This document shows positions 18,111-27,227 of a DNA stretch of 33,276 bases, piece by piece (positions within the stretch are counted from its first letter, which is position 1; each line of letters opens with the position of its first letter). The DNA lies in the NCBI GenBank assembly GCA_012519765.1, contig JAAYPP010000043.1, forward strand, positions 1-33,276, written 5' to 3'. Source of the DNA: Lentisphaerota bacterium. GTDB taxonomy: Bacteria; Verrucomicrobiota; Lentisphaeria; Victivallales; Victivallaceae. A model generated the notes under the pieces. That model was given only the letters and a program-made list of their open reading frames with translations, made no database searches and had not been told where the DNA came from. The position numbers and the translations under genes are program-made.

Positions 18111-18150
18111 CCACGCTTCATCCGTATCTTGTGAAGCGTGGTTTTGATTT
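18111..18150 (+). terminator. rho-independent terminator downstream of the HIT gene
   Basis: Stem CCACGCTTCA (18111-18120) pairs with TGAAGCGTGG (18132-18141), followed by TTTTGATTT. Confidence 0.7.
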
Positions 18151-18218
18151 ATCCTTGTCAATGGGTATATTAACAGACTCATCCATAAACTTAACAATCT
18201 AAAATTAACGGAGTATTT

Positions 18219-19715
18219 ATGAAGATTTTCGGGAAAAGAGCCAGTGTCGATGAAACTGTATTGCATAAGGAACTTGGCGAGTTCAGAATATATCCGGAAT
18301 CTGTTTTTGATAAAGACGGTGCGGTTTTGGCAATGGCGAGAAACGACCGTGAAAAATTTTTGATCGTGGCTGCCCCTGCCGGCAATAAAGTCTTTGCAGC
18401 TTTTGAAGGCGAAGTTACACCGTCCGGACTTAAAAAAGCACCTCTGAATGCTGCCAACGCCGCGGCATTGGCATTACGACATTTTTTCCCGTGGACCGCG
18501 CCGGTATCGTTGCGCGAACGCAAAACCACCATCGGCTGTGGGGATCGTCTTGGGTTGGCCAGTGTCGGGCATATTGCCGCAATCCGTCATTTCAAAGCGA
18601 CACCAGTGCTGGCGCAGCAATCAATGCGTGAACTGGATATGACAGGGCGAACCTACCGGCAGGTGGTTGATGATACCGTTTTTCTGGTGTTTCAAACCGG
18701 ATTTCAGGATGGATACGGCGCGGACGGGGATCATCTCAAAAAAATCAGCGATATTGATGTCGCGTTGGCGGCAGATATGCCGATGATTACGCTGGATCTT
18801 TCGGAAGTAATGCTGGCTGCGGCCGGTGACTGGTCGCAAGCACAAATTGATGAAGCATTTTCGAAGCTTGATCAGGCTGAATGCAAGCGGGTTATGGATG
18901 CTTATCACGGCGTCAGCTTCGGCAGTGGCGCGGATGCCTTTGAAATGACTGACGACATTATCCGGCGCTGTACAGTGATGTATGGGAAAGCCCTGGATTT
19001 CGCGAAGGTGGTTTATGATCACTTAAAAGCGAAACGCGGCGATCACTTCGATCTGGAGATTTCGATTGACGAAACAACTTCTCCGACTTTGCCATCGCAT
19101 CATTATTTTATTGCGCGCGAACTGATTTCACGCGGTGTTCACTTCACGTCATTGGCACCACGTTTCATCGGAGAATTCCAAAAAGCGATCGACTACATCG
19201 GCGATCTGGCTGAATTCGACCGCCAGTTCAAAGTTCACGCCGATATTTCCAAAGCATACGGCGGCTATAAAATATCGGTTCATTCCGGCAGCGACAAATT
19301 TGCGGTTTATCCGACTGTCGGCACGATGACCGGAATGCGCCTGCACCTTAAAACTGCCGGTACCAGCTGGCTGGAGGCGGTTAGGGTGATTGCCCGCAAG
19401 GATCCGGGACTTTATCGGAAAATGCACAAAAAAGCGTTGGCCTCTTTTGATGATATGTTGCGGCTTTATCATATCACCGCCGACATATCCAAAATCGGCA
19501 ATGTTGATCAAATGAGTGATGCCGAGCTTCCGGCTCTGATGGAAATGGCTGAGGCGCGTCAGTTGTTGCACATTACTTACGGCCCGATTCTTAAAGATCC
19601 GGAGATTCGCCCGCTGTTTTTTGCCGCTATGTTCAAATTTGAAGATGACTATACGGAAACCGTTAAGCAACATTTTGAAAAACATTTGACGTTGCTTGGC
19701 GTCCCGGAAAAATAA
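18219..19715 (+). CDS. uxaE: tagaturonate/fructuronate epimerase (UxaE)-family protein
   Basis: 498 aa. Blocks GCGDRLGLASVGHI, AQQSMRELDMTGRTYRQVVDD, GYGADGDHLK, SIDETTSPT, LAPRFIGEFQKAIDYIGDL, YKISVHSGSDKF, LKTAGTSWLEA and LLHITYG are collinear with UxaE-type enzymes as I recall them. Confidence 0.65.
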   Translation: MKIFGKRASVDETVLHKELGEFRIYPESVFDKDGAVLAMARNDREKFLIVAAPAGNKVFAAFEGEVTPSGLKKAPLNAANAAALALRHFFPWTAPVSLRERKTTIGCGDRLGLASVGHIAAIRHFKATPVLAQQSMRELDMTGRTYRQVVDDTVFLVFQTGFQDGYGADGDHLKKISDIDVALAADMPMITLDLSEVMLAAAGDWSQAQIDEAFSKLDQAECKRVMDAYHGVSFGSGADAFEMTDDIIRRCTVMYGKALDFAKVVYDHLKAKRGDHFDLEISIDETTSPTLPSHHYFIARELISRGVHFTSLAPRFIGEFQKAIDYIGDLAEFDRQFKVHADISKAYGGYKISVHSGSDKFAVYPTVGTMTGMRLHLKTAGTSWLEAVRVIARKDPGLYRKMHKKALASFDDMLRLYHITADISKIGNVDQMSDAELPALMEMAEARQLLHITYGPILKDPEIRPLFFAAMFKFEDDYTETVKQHFEKHLTLLGVPEK

Positions 19716-19721
19716 GACTTG

Positions 19722-19754
19722 AAATTAGCGCGCGCATTATGCGCGCGTGAATTT
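19722..19754. repeat. GC-core palindromic repeat, copy 3 (AAATTAGCGCGCGCA-TTA-TGCGCGCGTGAATTT)
   Basis: Same core, with two imperfect arm positions. Occupies most of the 57-bp gap between the uxaE-like stop (19715) and the ymdB start (19773). Confidence 0.85.
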
Positions 19755-19772
19755 TAGAACGGATAAAAACAG

Positions 19773-20582
19773 ATGAATTTACTGGTTATAGGTGATGTAG
19801 TCGGACGCGACGGGCGAAAAGCCGTGGTTGCCATGATTCCGGAGTTGCGCCGCGAGTTTGAATGTGACTTTGTGATAGTCAATGCGGAGAACATTGCTGC
19901 CGGTTCAGGTATGACGGCAAAGTGTCTGCATGAATTCGACGGGTATGCCGATGCTGTAACCAGCGGTGATCATGTGTGGGATCAGAAAGGTTTCGAACAT
20001 GAAATTTCCAGCCTGGACAATGTTTTGCGTCCGGCCAATCTGCATCGAACTCAACCTGGTCATGGCTGGAAAGTTTTTACCAGTTCGAGCGGCGTTGATA
20101 TTGCCGTCATTAATCTGATGGGAAAAGTTTTCATGCGGGACAGTGCTTATTGTCCGTTTGAAACCGCCGAGGATATTTTGAGGCAGATTCCCGATACGGT
20201 AAAAAATATTGTGGTGGATTTTCACGCCGAAGCCAGCAGCGAAAAAATCGCGATGGGCTATTTTCTGGACGGTAAGGTTACGGTGGTTTTCGGCACTCAC
20301 ACGCATGTCCAGACTGCTGATGCAAAAATTTTACCGAATGGCACTGCATACATAACTGATGTCGGAATGGTCGGCTGCGCATATTCCGTGATCGGGCGTA
20401 CAGTCGAATCAGTGGTGGATAAGTTCCGTTCCGGGATGCCGCGGCGGTTGCCGGTGGCGGAAGGTCCGGTGCGTTTAGATGCGGCAGTGGTCAATTTTAA
20501 TCCGTCGGACGGGCGCGCTGTTGCGATACAGAATATATCACGAATGTTTGAAAATAACGCAAAGGAGTCTGCACAATCATGA
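19773..20582 (+). CDS. ymdB: YmdB-family metallophosphoesterase (2',3'-cyclic-nucleotide phosphodiesterase, TIGR00282)
   Basis: 269 aa. MNLLVIGDVVGRDGR...VIVNAENIAAGSGMT...SGDHVWD...DFHAEASSEK...GTHTHVQTAD are the characteristic metal-binding blocks. Confidence 0.85.
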   Translation: MNLLVIGDVVGRDGRKAVVAMIPELRREFECDFVIVNAENIAAGSGMTAKCLHEFDGYADAVTSGDHVWDQKGFEHEISSLDNVLRPANLHRTQPGHGWKVFTSSSGVDIAVINLMGKVFMRDSAYCPFETAEDILRQIPDTVKNIVVDFHAEASSEKIAMGYFLDGKVTVVFGTHTHVQTADAKILPNGTAYITDVGMVGCAYSVIGRTVESVVDKFRSGMPRRLPVAEGPVRLDAAVVNFNPSDGRAVAIQNISRMFENNAKESAQS

Positions 20583-21469
20583 ATACGACTGATATTCCGG
20601 AAATTAAATTTGATCGAGTTGATGTTTTGATCAACCTAGCCCTGGACGAAGACTTGGAAAACGTCGGCGATCCCACGACGAATTCAGTGATTCCCAAAGA
20701 TACTGTCGCTGATGCTATCTTTATCTGCAAAGAAGATTGTGTCTGTGCCGGTTTGCCGGTGGCGGAACGTGTCTTCAAAATCCTGGATCCGGGGCTGCGC
20801 TGGGAAGCGCTGGTCGAAGAGGGGCAGTTCTGCCCTGCCGGCACTGCAATGGCCAGGGTTTCAGGAAAAGCACGCTCACTGCTGACCGGCGAGCGTACTG
20901 CGCTGAATTTTCTCCAGCGGCTTTGCGGTATCGCAACTACAGCGCGGCGCTACTCGCAGGCGGTGGGCGGAACAAAATGCCGGATACTGGATACTCGTAA
21001 AACTACCCCGGGCTGGCGCAATCTTGAGAAATATGCGGTTGTGACAGGCGGCGGAACTAATCACCGGATCGGCTTGTATGACCGCATTATGATCAAAGAT
21101 AACCACTTGGAATTGGCCGGGCTGGAGGGTAAAAATGCCATCGCGTTGGCGGTAAAGCGTGCCCGGCGGCAATATCCGAATTTGGAAATTGAAGTCGAAG
21201 CCGATACGCTTGAGGAAGTGAAGGCCGCCTGTGATTGCGGTGTTGAATATGTTTTGCTGGACAATATGGATGACGCGACAATTGCGGAAGCGGTGAATAT
21301 CAATCAAGGTCGCTGTAAACTGGAAGCCAGCGGCGGTATAACGATTGAACGGTTACCACGGCTGGCCGCGCTCGGAGTGGATTTTATTTCGGTTGGCGCA
21401 TTGACTCACTCGGTCAAGTCCAGCGATATTTCACTGGATATTTCAGTTAATCAGGAAGGATGCAAATGA
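20579..21469 (+). CDS. nadC: nicotinate-nucleotide pyrophosphorylase (carboxylating)
   Basis: 296 aa. GERTALNFLQRLCGIAT, ILDTRKTTPGWR, EKYAVVTGGGTNHR, IMIKDNH, LEASGGI. ATGA overlap with ymdB. Confidence 0.9.
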   Translation: MNTTDIPEIKFDRVDVLINLALDEDLENVGDPTTNSVIPKDTVADAIFICKEDCVCAGLPVAERVFKILDPGLRWEALVEEGQFCPAGTAMARVSGKARSLLTGERTALNFLQRLCGIATTARRYSQAVGGTKCRILDTRKTTPGWRNLEKYAVVTGGGTNHRIGLYDRIMIKDNHLELAGLEGKNAIALAVKRARRQYPNLEIEVEADTLEEVKAACDCGVEYVLLDNMDDATIAEAVNINQGRCKLEASGGITIERLPRLAALGVDFISVGALTHSVKSSDISLDISVNQEGCK

Positions 21470-22086
21470 TTGCCCGCCTGAAAGGAATTTTGGTTGATTC
21501 CGATTTCAACCAGGTGATTATTGATGTCAACGGGGTCGGATATCTGGTTTTTATTCCGGTCAGTACATTTGACAAACTGCCGTTGCCCGGACATGAAGTT
21601 ACACTTCTGATTAACACTCAAGTCAGAGAAGACGCTATAAACCTTTACGGTTTTGCCACCAGTGGCGAAAAGGTGCTGTTTGAACAGTTGATGACGGTCA
21701 ACGGGGTCGGAGCAAAGTTGGCTCTGGCAATTCTCAGCTCAATGCCGACTGCGGCTTTCTGCAGTGCAATTATCAGCGGCAACATTGACGCAATGAAAAA
21801 AATCCCCGGCGTAGGTAAGAAAACCGCTGAACGTTTATTGCTCGAAATGCGCGATAAAATTGACAAACTGTCACTGGCCGCCGGACCTGTTTCCAACTCA
21901 GCCGCGGCAAACGTTCCCGATACTTTGCGCGAAACGGTCAATGACGCAATTCGCGCTCTGGAGGGACTTGGCTATAAGCGGGACCGTATCACCGGCGTTC
22001 TCAACGAATACATTGGCAGTGCCGATGAATCAGAGTGTACTTTGGAGAATCTGATTCGCAATGCTTTGCGTATCTTGAATTCCTGA
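21466..22086 (+). CDS. ruvA: Holliday junction branch-migration complex subunit RuvA
   Basis: MIARLKGILV...VIIDVNGVGYLVFIP...LYGF...LFEQLMTVNGVGAKLALAILS...IPGVGKKTAERL. The second ATG (21466) is preferred over the track's 21460 because of the canonical N-terminus and its spacing from AGGAAGGA. Confidence 0.9.
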   Translation: MIARLKGILVDSDFNQVIIDVNGVGYLVFIPVSTFDKLPLPGHEVTLLINTQVREDAINLYGFATSGEKVLFEQLMTVNGVGAKLALAILSSMPTAAFCSAIISGNIDAMKKIPGVGKKTAERLLLEMRDKIDKLSLAAGPVSNSAAANVPDTLRETVNDAIRALEGLGYKRDRITGVLNEYIGSADESECTLENLIRNALRILNS

Positions 22087-22164
22087 ATCCCGATATTGTA
22101 AAAAACATATTGCCGGTATATTTTATAAGTTTGTCTGAACAATATTAACAGATGGGATAATACT

Positions 22165-23241
22165 ATGGAACTTAAGCAATTACGCGATAAAATCGATCAG
22201 ATAGATCAGCAGATAGTTAAACTGCTTAATGAACGTTACCACTGCGCCAAAGCCATTGGCTCGGTAAAACAGCAGCAAAACCAGCCGGTTTATGTGCCGG
22301 AACGCGAAAAACGCGTGCTGGATATGGTCTGCTCATTGAATCAAGAATGTGGCGGGATTGTCAAACCTGAAACCTTGCGCGCGGTTTACCGGGAAATAAT
22401 GTCCGGCGCAATCAGTTTGGAATCGCCGATAAAAGTTTCTTTTCTGGGGCCGCGCGGAACCTTCTCGCATGAAGCGGCGATTCAGCGTTTCGGCAGAAGC
22501 GTGGAATTTGTCGAAGCGTTAAGCATCGGTGCGGCATTTCTGGATGTTGAAACCGGTCGAGCCGATTACGCTTGTGTACCGGTCGAAAACAGTACCGAGG
22601 GCGCTGTGAGCTACACGCTGGACACCTTGGTACATTCAAGATCGGAAATTTGTGCTGAAATGAATGTCGCGGTTCACCATAATCTGCTGGCGCGTTGTCC
22701 GAAAGAGAAGATTACCAAAATTTACAGTCACGAACAGATTTTCGGGCAATGCCGCAATTACCTGGCCGCAAATTTTCCGAAAGCCGAACAAGTTATTGTC
22801 AGCAGCTCGGCGCGTGCCGCTAAACTGGCCGCAGAAGAACCGAATACCGGTGTCGTCGCCGGACTGGTCGCGGCAGAAGTGTTTCAGCTCCATGTTCTCG
22901 AACGCAATATCGAAGATTTTGCGCATAATACGACTCGTTTTTTTGTTATTTCACGTCAGAAAACCGAGCCAACCGGCGATGATAAGACTTCGGTCTGTTT
23001 TTCAGTTAACGACCGGGTAGGCGCACTCCATGATGTGCTCAAGCCGTTTAAAGCGGGCAATATCATGATGACCATGATTGAGAGCCGTCCGATGAAAACT
23101 AATAACTGGGAATATTGTTTCTTTGTTGATGTGCTTGGGCATCAGCATGATCCGTCGATACAAAAATGTTTTGCAGAGGTTTCAGAAAACTGCCGTATGT
23201 TTAAAATTCTTGGCAGTTACCCGCGCAGTCCCAGTGAATAA
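22165..23241 (+). CDS. pheA: bifunctional chorismate mutase / prephenate dehydratase (P-protein)
   Basis: 358 aa. N-terminal CM_2 helix (LRDKIDQIDQQIVKLLNERY), a PDT domain (FLGPRGTFSHEAA...VPVENSTEGAV) and a C-terminal ACT domain (ESRP...WEYCFFVD). Confidence 0.85.
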   Translation: MELKQLRDKIDQIDQQIVKLLNERYHCAKAIGSVKQQQNQPVYVPEREKRVLDMVCSLNQECGGIVKPETLRAVYREIMSGAISLESPIKVSFLGPRGTFSHEAAIQRFGRSVEFVEALSIGAAFLDVETGRADYACVPVENSTEGAVSYTLDTLVHSRSEICAEMNVAVHHNLLARCPKEKITKIYSHEQIFGQCRNYLAANFPKAEQVIVSSSARAAKLAAEEPNTGVVAGLVAAEVFQLHVLERNIEDFAHNTTRFFVISRQKTEPTGDDKTSVCFSVNDRVGALHDVLKPFKAGNIMMTMIESRPMKTNNWEYCFFVDVLGHQHDPSIQKCFAEVSENCRMFKILGSYPRSPSE

Positions 23242-23262
23242 ATCTAAAAAATCAGGAAATTT

Positions 23263-24642
23263 ATGAACGAAAAGAGAATGTCGCTCAGCAAACTGGAGGC
23301 CCAGGCGCGGGCCTGCCGTGATGTTTTGCAGTTGACGATGAATACGGTATTTGTGGAAAAGCGCCCTGCCGACCGGGTATTGAATAGCTTTTTACGCGAA
23401 CACAAACAATTTGGCGCCCGGGATCGGCGTTTGCTGGGTGATGTAGTGTTCGCCGTATTTCGCTGGTGGGGTGCATTGCGGAAGCTATTTGATAAAACGG
23501 AACTGTACGCCATGGAAAATGAAGTTCCGGAAATCACTTATAACGGCGCGGCCGCCTTGATTCTTGGCGCAATGGTAATGGAAAAACGTGAGCTGCCGGA
23601 GGTTGCGGCTATCTGGATGAAAGAACTCGGCCTGCGTCAATCGGAGGTCAATGACTTGATTGTTACCGGCAAGGCATCGGATGGTCTTGACGGTTGGCGG
23701 GTTTTAAATCTTATCCGTGCGTCGTTACGTCGAACATCCACAAAATCGATGAAATTAGTTCCTCTGGATATGGTTCCGGAATGGTTTCCGAAATATTTGC
23801 CGCCAGGCATTAATCATGACAAACTGGCGCAGTGGATGCAACGCCGCCCGCCGATGTGGTTGCGGGTCCAAGTGGCTGATGCTACGGAATTAGCGAATAA
23901 ACTGCATATTCGTTACGGACTGAAAATCAAGACTCATCCGCTGATGAAGAATTCATTGTGTGTGGCTCCGACCAGGATTAACCTTTTCACTCTGGAAGAG
24001 TATCGCACCGGATTATTTGAAGTGCAGGATCTGGCGTCACAGGTTATCGGAATGGTCTGTTCGCCCAATGCCGGCGAACGCTGGTGGGATGCTTGTGCCG
24101 GAGCCGGCGGTAAAACCTTGCAACTGGCCGATTTGATGAAGCGCAAAGGGGTTCTGGTGGCAACCGATATTCGTAGCTATAAGCTGGATGATTTGCGGAA
24201 GCGCGCCAAACGTTCGGGCTTTCCGAATATTGAATGTCGCGAATGGAATGGAAAATCTTTGCGGAGTAAGCAACATAAAGCTTATGACGGTGTACTCGCC
24301 GATGCTCCTTGCAGTTGTTCAGGAACCTGGCGGCGCAATCCTGATGCCAGATGGAGCACCGCTGAAAATGAAATTACGGAGATGGCTGAACTGCAGCTTT
24401 CAATTTTGCAGAATGTTTCCAGCGGCGTGAAGGATGGTGGCATTCTGGTTTATGCCACCTGTTCAATTTGTGAACCGGAAAACCGGGGCGTTGTTGAAAA
24501 GTTTTTGGCCGCCAACCCTGATTTTGAATTGGAAAAATTCAATAATCCGCTGACCGGCGAAAGCTGTGACGGTATGCTCCAGGTGTTTCCCTGGGATGGC
24601 GATTGCGATGCTATGTTCGCTGCCAGAATGCGCCGTCGCTGA
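23263..24642 (+). CDS. rsmB: RsmB/NOP-family rRNA cytosine-C5 methyltransferase with NusB-like N-terminal domain
   Basis: 459 aa. SAM motif DACAGAGGKT, catalytic motifs DAPCSCSGTWRRNPD and LVYATCS. The N-terminal helical region is NusB-like. Confidence 0.7.
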   Translation: MNEKRMSLSKLEAQARACRDVLQLTMNTVFVEKRPADRVLNSFLREHKQFGARDRRLLGDVVFAVFRWWGALRKLFDKTELYAMENEVPEITYNGAAALILGAMVMEKRELPEVAAIWMKELGLRQSEVNDLIVTGKASDGLDGWRVLNLIRASLRRTSTKSMKLVPLDMVPEWFPKYLPPGINHDKLAQWMQRRPPMWLRVQVADATELANKLHIRYGLKIKTHPLMKNSLCVAPTRINLFTLEEYRTGLFEVQDLASQVIGMVCSPNAGERWWDACAGAGGKTLQLADLMKRKGVLVATDIRSYKLDDLRKRAKRSGFPNIECREWNGKSLRSKQHKAYDGVLADAPCSCSGTWRRNPDARWSTAENEITEMAELQLSILQNVSSGVKDGGILVYATCSICEPENRGVVEKFLAANPDFELEKFNNPLTGESCDGMLQVFPWDGDCDAMFAARMRRR

Positions 24643-24675
24643 TGCCGGATAAATAAGTTACGGAGAGCCGCACTG

Positions 24676-25737
24676 ATGGCAAGAGGAAAACCTGAAAAAT
24701 ATATCGGATTGGCGGCGGAAATCCGAAGAATGATTCAGGATGAGAAAATGAAGCCGCATACGTTGCTGCCTTCCGAGCGAAAAATGTCGGCGCAATTCGA
24801 CGTTAATCATTTGACCTTACGCAAAGCACTCAGGGTACTTGAACACGAAAAACTGCTCTATAAAGTGCCTAGCGTCGGCAACTTCACCGGGTTTCGCCCG
24901 AACTCAGGGAAGGGACGTCAGCTGATCGGCTTTATGTTTCCTGATCATGAAATATTTTTCTATAATATCCTGGCTGAATTGGAAAGCCGTTTGTCCAGCG
25001 CCGGTTTGCATCCGATTGTTCAGTTGACCGGCGGCATTAAGCGGAAAGAGGAAGACTTTATCGAATTTTGCCGTGATGAGGAAGTGGCGGCATTGATTGC
25101 CGTACCGAACCGGGAATGCAGCGAGTTTTATGAGGGATTGCCGTTTCCGGTGATTTTTTTCGATATATTTATTGCCAATCTGGAAATCCCATATGTAATT
25201 TCAGATGATTATGAAGGAAGTGCGAAAGCGACCCGGCATTTGCTGGATCAGGGACATCGCCGGATCGCCCATATCGGAAGTTTGCATGAACGCACCTCCG
25301 AACTGCGGGCTAAAGGGTATTCGGATACGATGATTGCTGCTGGAATTGAATTGCCTGCGGACTATGTCAAACGCAAAGAACCAACCCGTCAGTGGGGATT
25401 TTATGCCGCCCGAGAGTTGTTCGCCTTACCGGAACCGCCTACAGCAATAACCTGCGGCAATGATACAATTGCGGCAGGTGTTCTTCGCGCTTTGCCGGCA
25501 CGCGGCATCAAAATTCCACAGCAATGCGCGGTTACCGGATTCGGAAATACCTCCATTGCCGAAGATCTTGATCTGACCAGCGTCAGTCAACATACTCCGA
25601 AAATCGCGGCCGCTCTCTGGAATTTGTTTAATATGCAGATTCAAGGAAAAAGTATCCCGCTGGAAACCACGATTCACACGACTCTTCAGGTAAGAGGCAG
25701 TAGCTCCGGTGAATTCAAACCGATAAAAAGCAGTTGA
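24676..25737 (+). CDS. hybrid transcriptional regulator: GntR-type winged HTH fused to a LacI/PBP1-type sugar-binding domain
   Basis: 353 aa. N-terminus LPSERKMSAQFDVNHLTLRKALRVLEHEKLLYKVPSVGNF (GntR HTH). The remainder resembles a periplasmic-binding-protein type 1 fold (IGFMFPD..., ITCGNDTIAAGVLRAL, VTGFGN). Confidence 0.75.
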   Translation: MARGKPEKYIGLAAEIRRMIQDEKMKPHTLLPSERKMSAQFDVNHLTLRKALRVLEHEKLLYKVPSVGNFTGFRPNSGKGRQLIGFMFPDHEIFFYNILAELESRLSSAGLHPIVQLTGGIKRKEEDFIEFCRDEEVAALIAVPNRECSEFYEGLPFPVIFFDIFIANLEIPYVISDDYEGSAKATRHLLDQGHRRIAHIGSLHERTSELRAKGYSDTMIAAGIELPADYVKRKEPTRQWGFYAARELFALPEPPTAITCGNDTIAAGVLRALPARGIKIPQQCAVTGFGNTSIAEDLDLTSVSQHTPKIAAALWNLFNMQIQGKSIPLETTIHTTLQVRGSSSGEFKPIKSS

Positions 25738-25750
25738 TTTTTTAAGGGAT

Positions 25751-27052
25751 TCAGTTGGTGATGACGATATAACGGTATTTCCCTTTCGGGAAAACCGCCG
25801 GCACCATCAGAAGCATGAGACAGACAAACAGCAATGCGCATCCATTGAACAGAAAAATTGTCTGATAATTGGAGAATTGCCGGGCGCCAATGACCCAGTT
25901 TTCCGCGAGCATTCCAGAGCCGATAATGAGTGAAGACATCATTCTGGCACAACCGCTGCCCAACGAATAAAGACAGCCGCAGAATGCCATGCTCATGGCG
26001 CGGTTCCAGCCGCTGGACATCACGAACATCTCGCTGGTGGTGGTTACTGAAATTAAAGACAGCATCAGTGAGTTGATCAATAGCAGCAAGGTAATCAAAG
26101 CAATACTTAACCATGAATTGCCGCCGGTCAGAAACATTCCGAAATTGATCAGAATAAAGAGCAGATGTGAAACCACAATGACTCGGTAAGTGCTGACTTT
26201 GTTGATGATTTTTCCGGCGGCAAGAAACCCGATAATCGAACCGCTCAACGCAATCGCTGAAATGACGATAACAATATTGGCCGGAATATTCAAGGCGTTT
26301 TTCACGTACAGAAACGCTACCGGCTGGGTGGCAAAACAGAACAAATAAAGAAAACACAAATATACCGAGTAGCCGGTCAGTGCTTTGTTGCGGAGTACAT
26401 CGGTCAGCCCGATCAGAAACTTTACCGGCTCCGGTTTTTCAGCATATTGCGGGATCTGCATGACATGAATAATTCTACCGAGCAGACCGAAAGTTGCGAT
26501 AAGCACCACCAGTTGCAGACTCCACATCGCCGGGGACTTGCCCAGCATCATTCCGCAAATGAAGAAAAATAAAACACTGAAGCTTTGCCAGCAGAAACGC
26601 AAATTCCCGAAAAATTCCGGACGCTGGTTTTTGGGTAAAAAATTGTCAATGAATGGGAACCAGGCGGCATTGTAAGCGGCCATACAAACCCCGAATCCAG
26701 CGATGGAAAACATCATGACTGATTTACTGGCAATGCCGAATTGCGGTGAAAAACTGAGCAGTGTCATTAAAATAAAACCGGCCGCGGTGAAGCTGATAAT
26801 AGTTCTTCGGTAGCCAAGTCTGGCGGCAATCCAGCCCATTGGCAAAAGCATGACGAAATATGCCAAAGGAATCAGCGAGGTGGTCATGAGCGAAATCATC
26901 TGCCCGGCGTTCATTTTTTCCGCCATAATCATGATCACCGGACTGTCGCCAATCAAACCAGCAGACAGCGAACCAAAACACGCAGAGATAATCGCATGAT
27001 ATTTGGCACGGCTTATTTCCAATGCACTGTACGCATGAATTGAATTTGACAT
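25751..27052 (-). CDS. MFS-type transporter
   Basis: 433 aa, about 12 hydrophobic segments, and an MFS-like loop motif GWIAARLGYRRT between TM2 and TM3. Convergent with the regulator (13-bp gap). Confidence 0.65.
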   Translation of the reverse strand: MSNSIHAYSALEISRAKYHAIISACFGSLSAGLIGDSPVIMIMAEKMNAGQMISLMTTSLIPLAYFVMLLPMGWIAARLGYRRTIISFTAAGFILMTLLSFSPQFGIASKSVMMFSIAGFGVCMAAYNAAWFPFIDNFLPKNQRPEFFGNLRFCWQSFSVLFFFICGMMLGKSPAMWSLQLVVLIATFGLLGRIIHVMQIPQYAEKPEPVKFLIGLTDVLRNKALTGYSVYLCFLYLFCFATQPVAFLYVKNALNIPANIVIVISAIALSGSIIGFLAAGKIINKVSTYRVIVVSHLLFILINFGMFLTGGNSWLSIALITLLLLINSLMLSLISVTTTSEMFVMSSGWNRAMSMAFCGCLYSLGSGCARMMSSLIIGSGMLAENWVIGARQFSNYQTIFLFNGCALLFVCLMLLMVPAVFPKGKYRYIVITN

Positions 27053-27188
27053 TTAAAGGGTTCCCGGTAAAAAAGAGAAGATAATCTGTGCTATGACTTT
27101 TTCAATGTGAAACCGGTGGAAATTAATCAAATCTTGAATCCGTGATGAAGTGTATGTGTCTTATTCATTACATGGTTAAAATTTATTA

Positions 27189-27227
27189 TTAAACTTTGCG
27201 CGCGCATTATGCGCGCGCAAAGTTTAA
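27189..27227. repeat. GC-core palindromic repeat, copy 4 (TTAAACTTTGCGCGCGCA-TTA-TGCGCGCGCAAAGTTTAA)
   Basis: Perfect 18-nt arms. The core is identical to the other copies, but the outer arm sequence differs with compensating changes on both sides. Lies in the 425-bp divergent gap between the MFS and rnr starts. Confidence 0.9.

Noticed and set aside
22087-22164. Possible leader, attenuator or riboswitch upstream of pheA.
   Set aside because: I see no leader peptide with a Phe run, no convincing alternative hairpins and no terminator-like stem in the 78-bp gap.
25686-26357. 223-aa minus-strand ORF overlapping the 3' half of the MFS gene in another frame.
   Set aside because: The 433-aa MFS frame has coherent TM segments along the whole length. 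The alternative frame is His/Arg/Cys-rich with no motifs and would also overlap the end of the regulator.
6725-27227. Whether the four palindromes could be a CRISPR array or IS terminal inverted repeats.
   Set aside because: The copies are 5-8 kb apart, each in a separate intergenic gap, and separated by ordinary genes, so they are not a repeat-spacer array. No transposase lies between any pair, and each copy is self-complementary rather than forming left and right ends.
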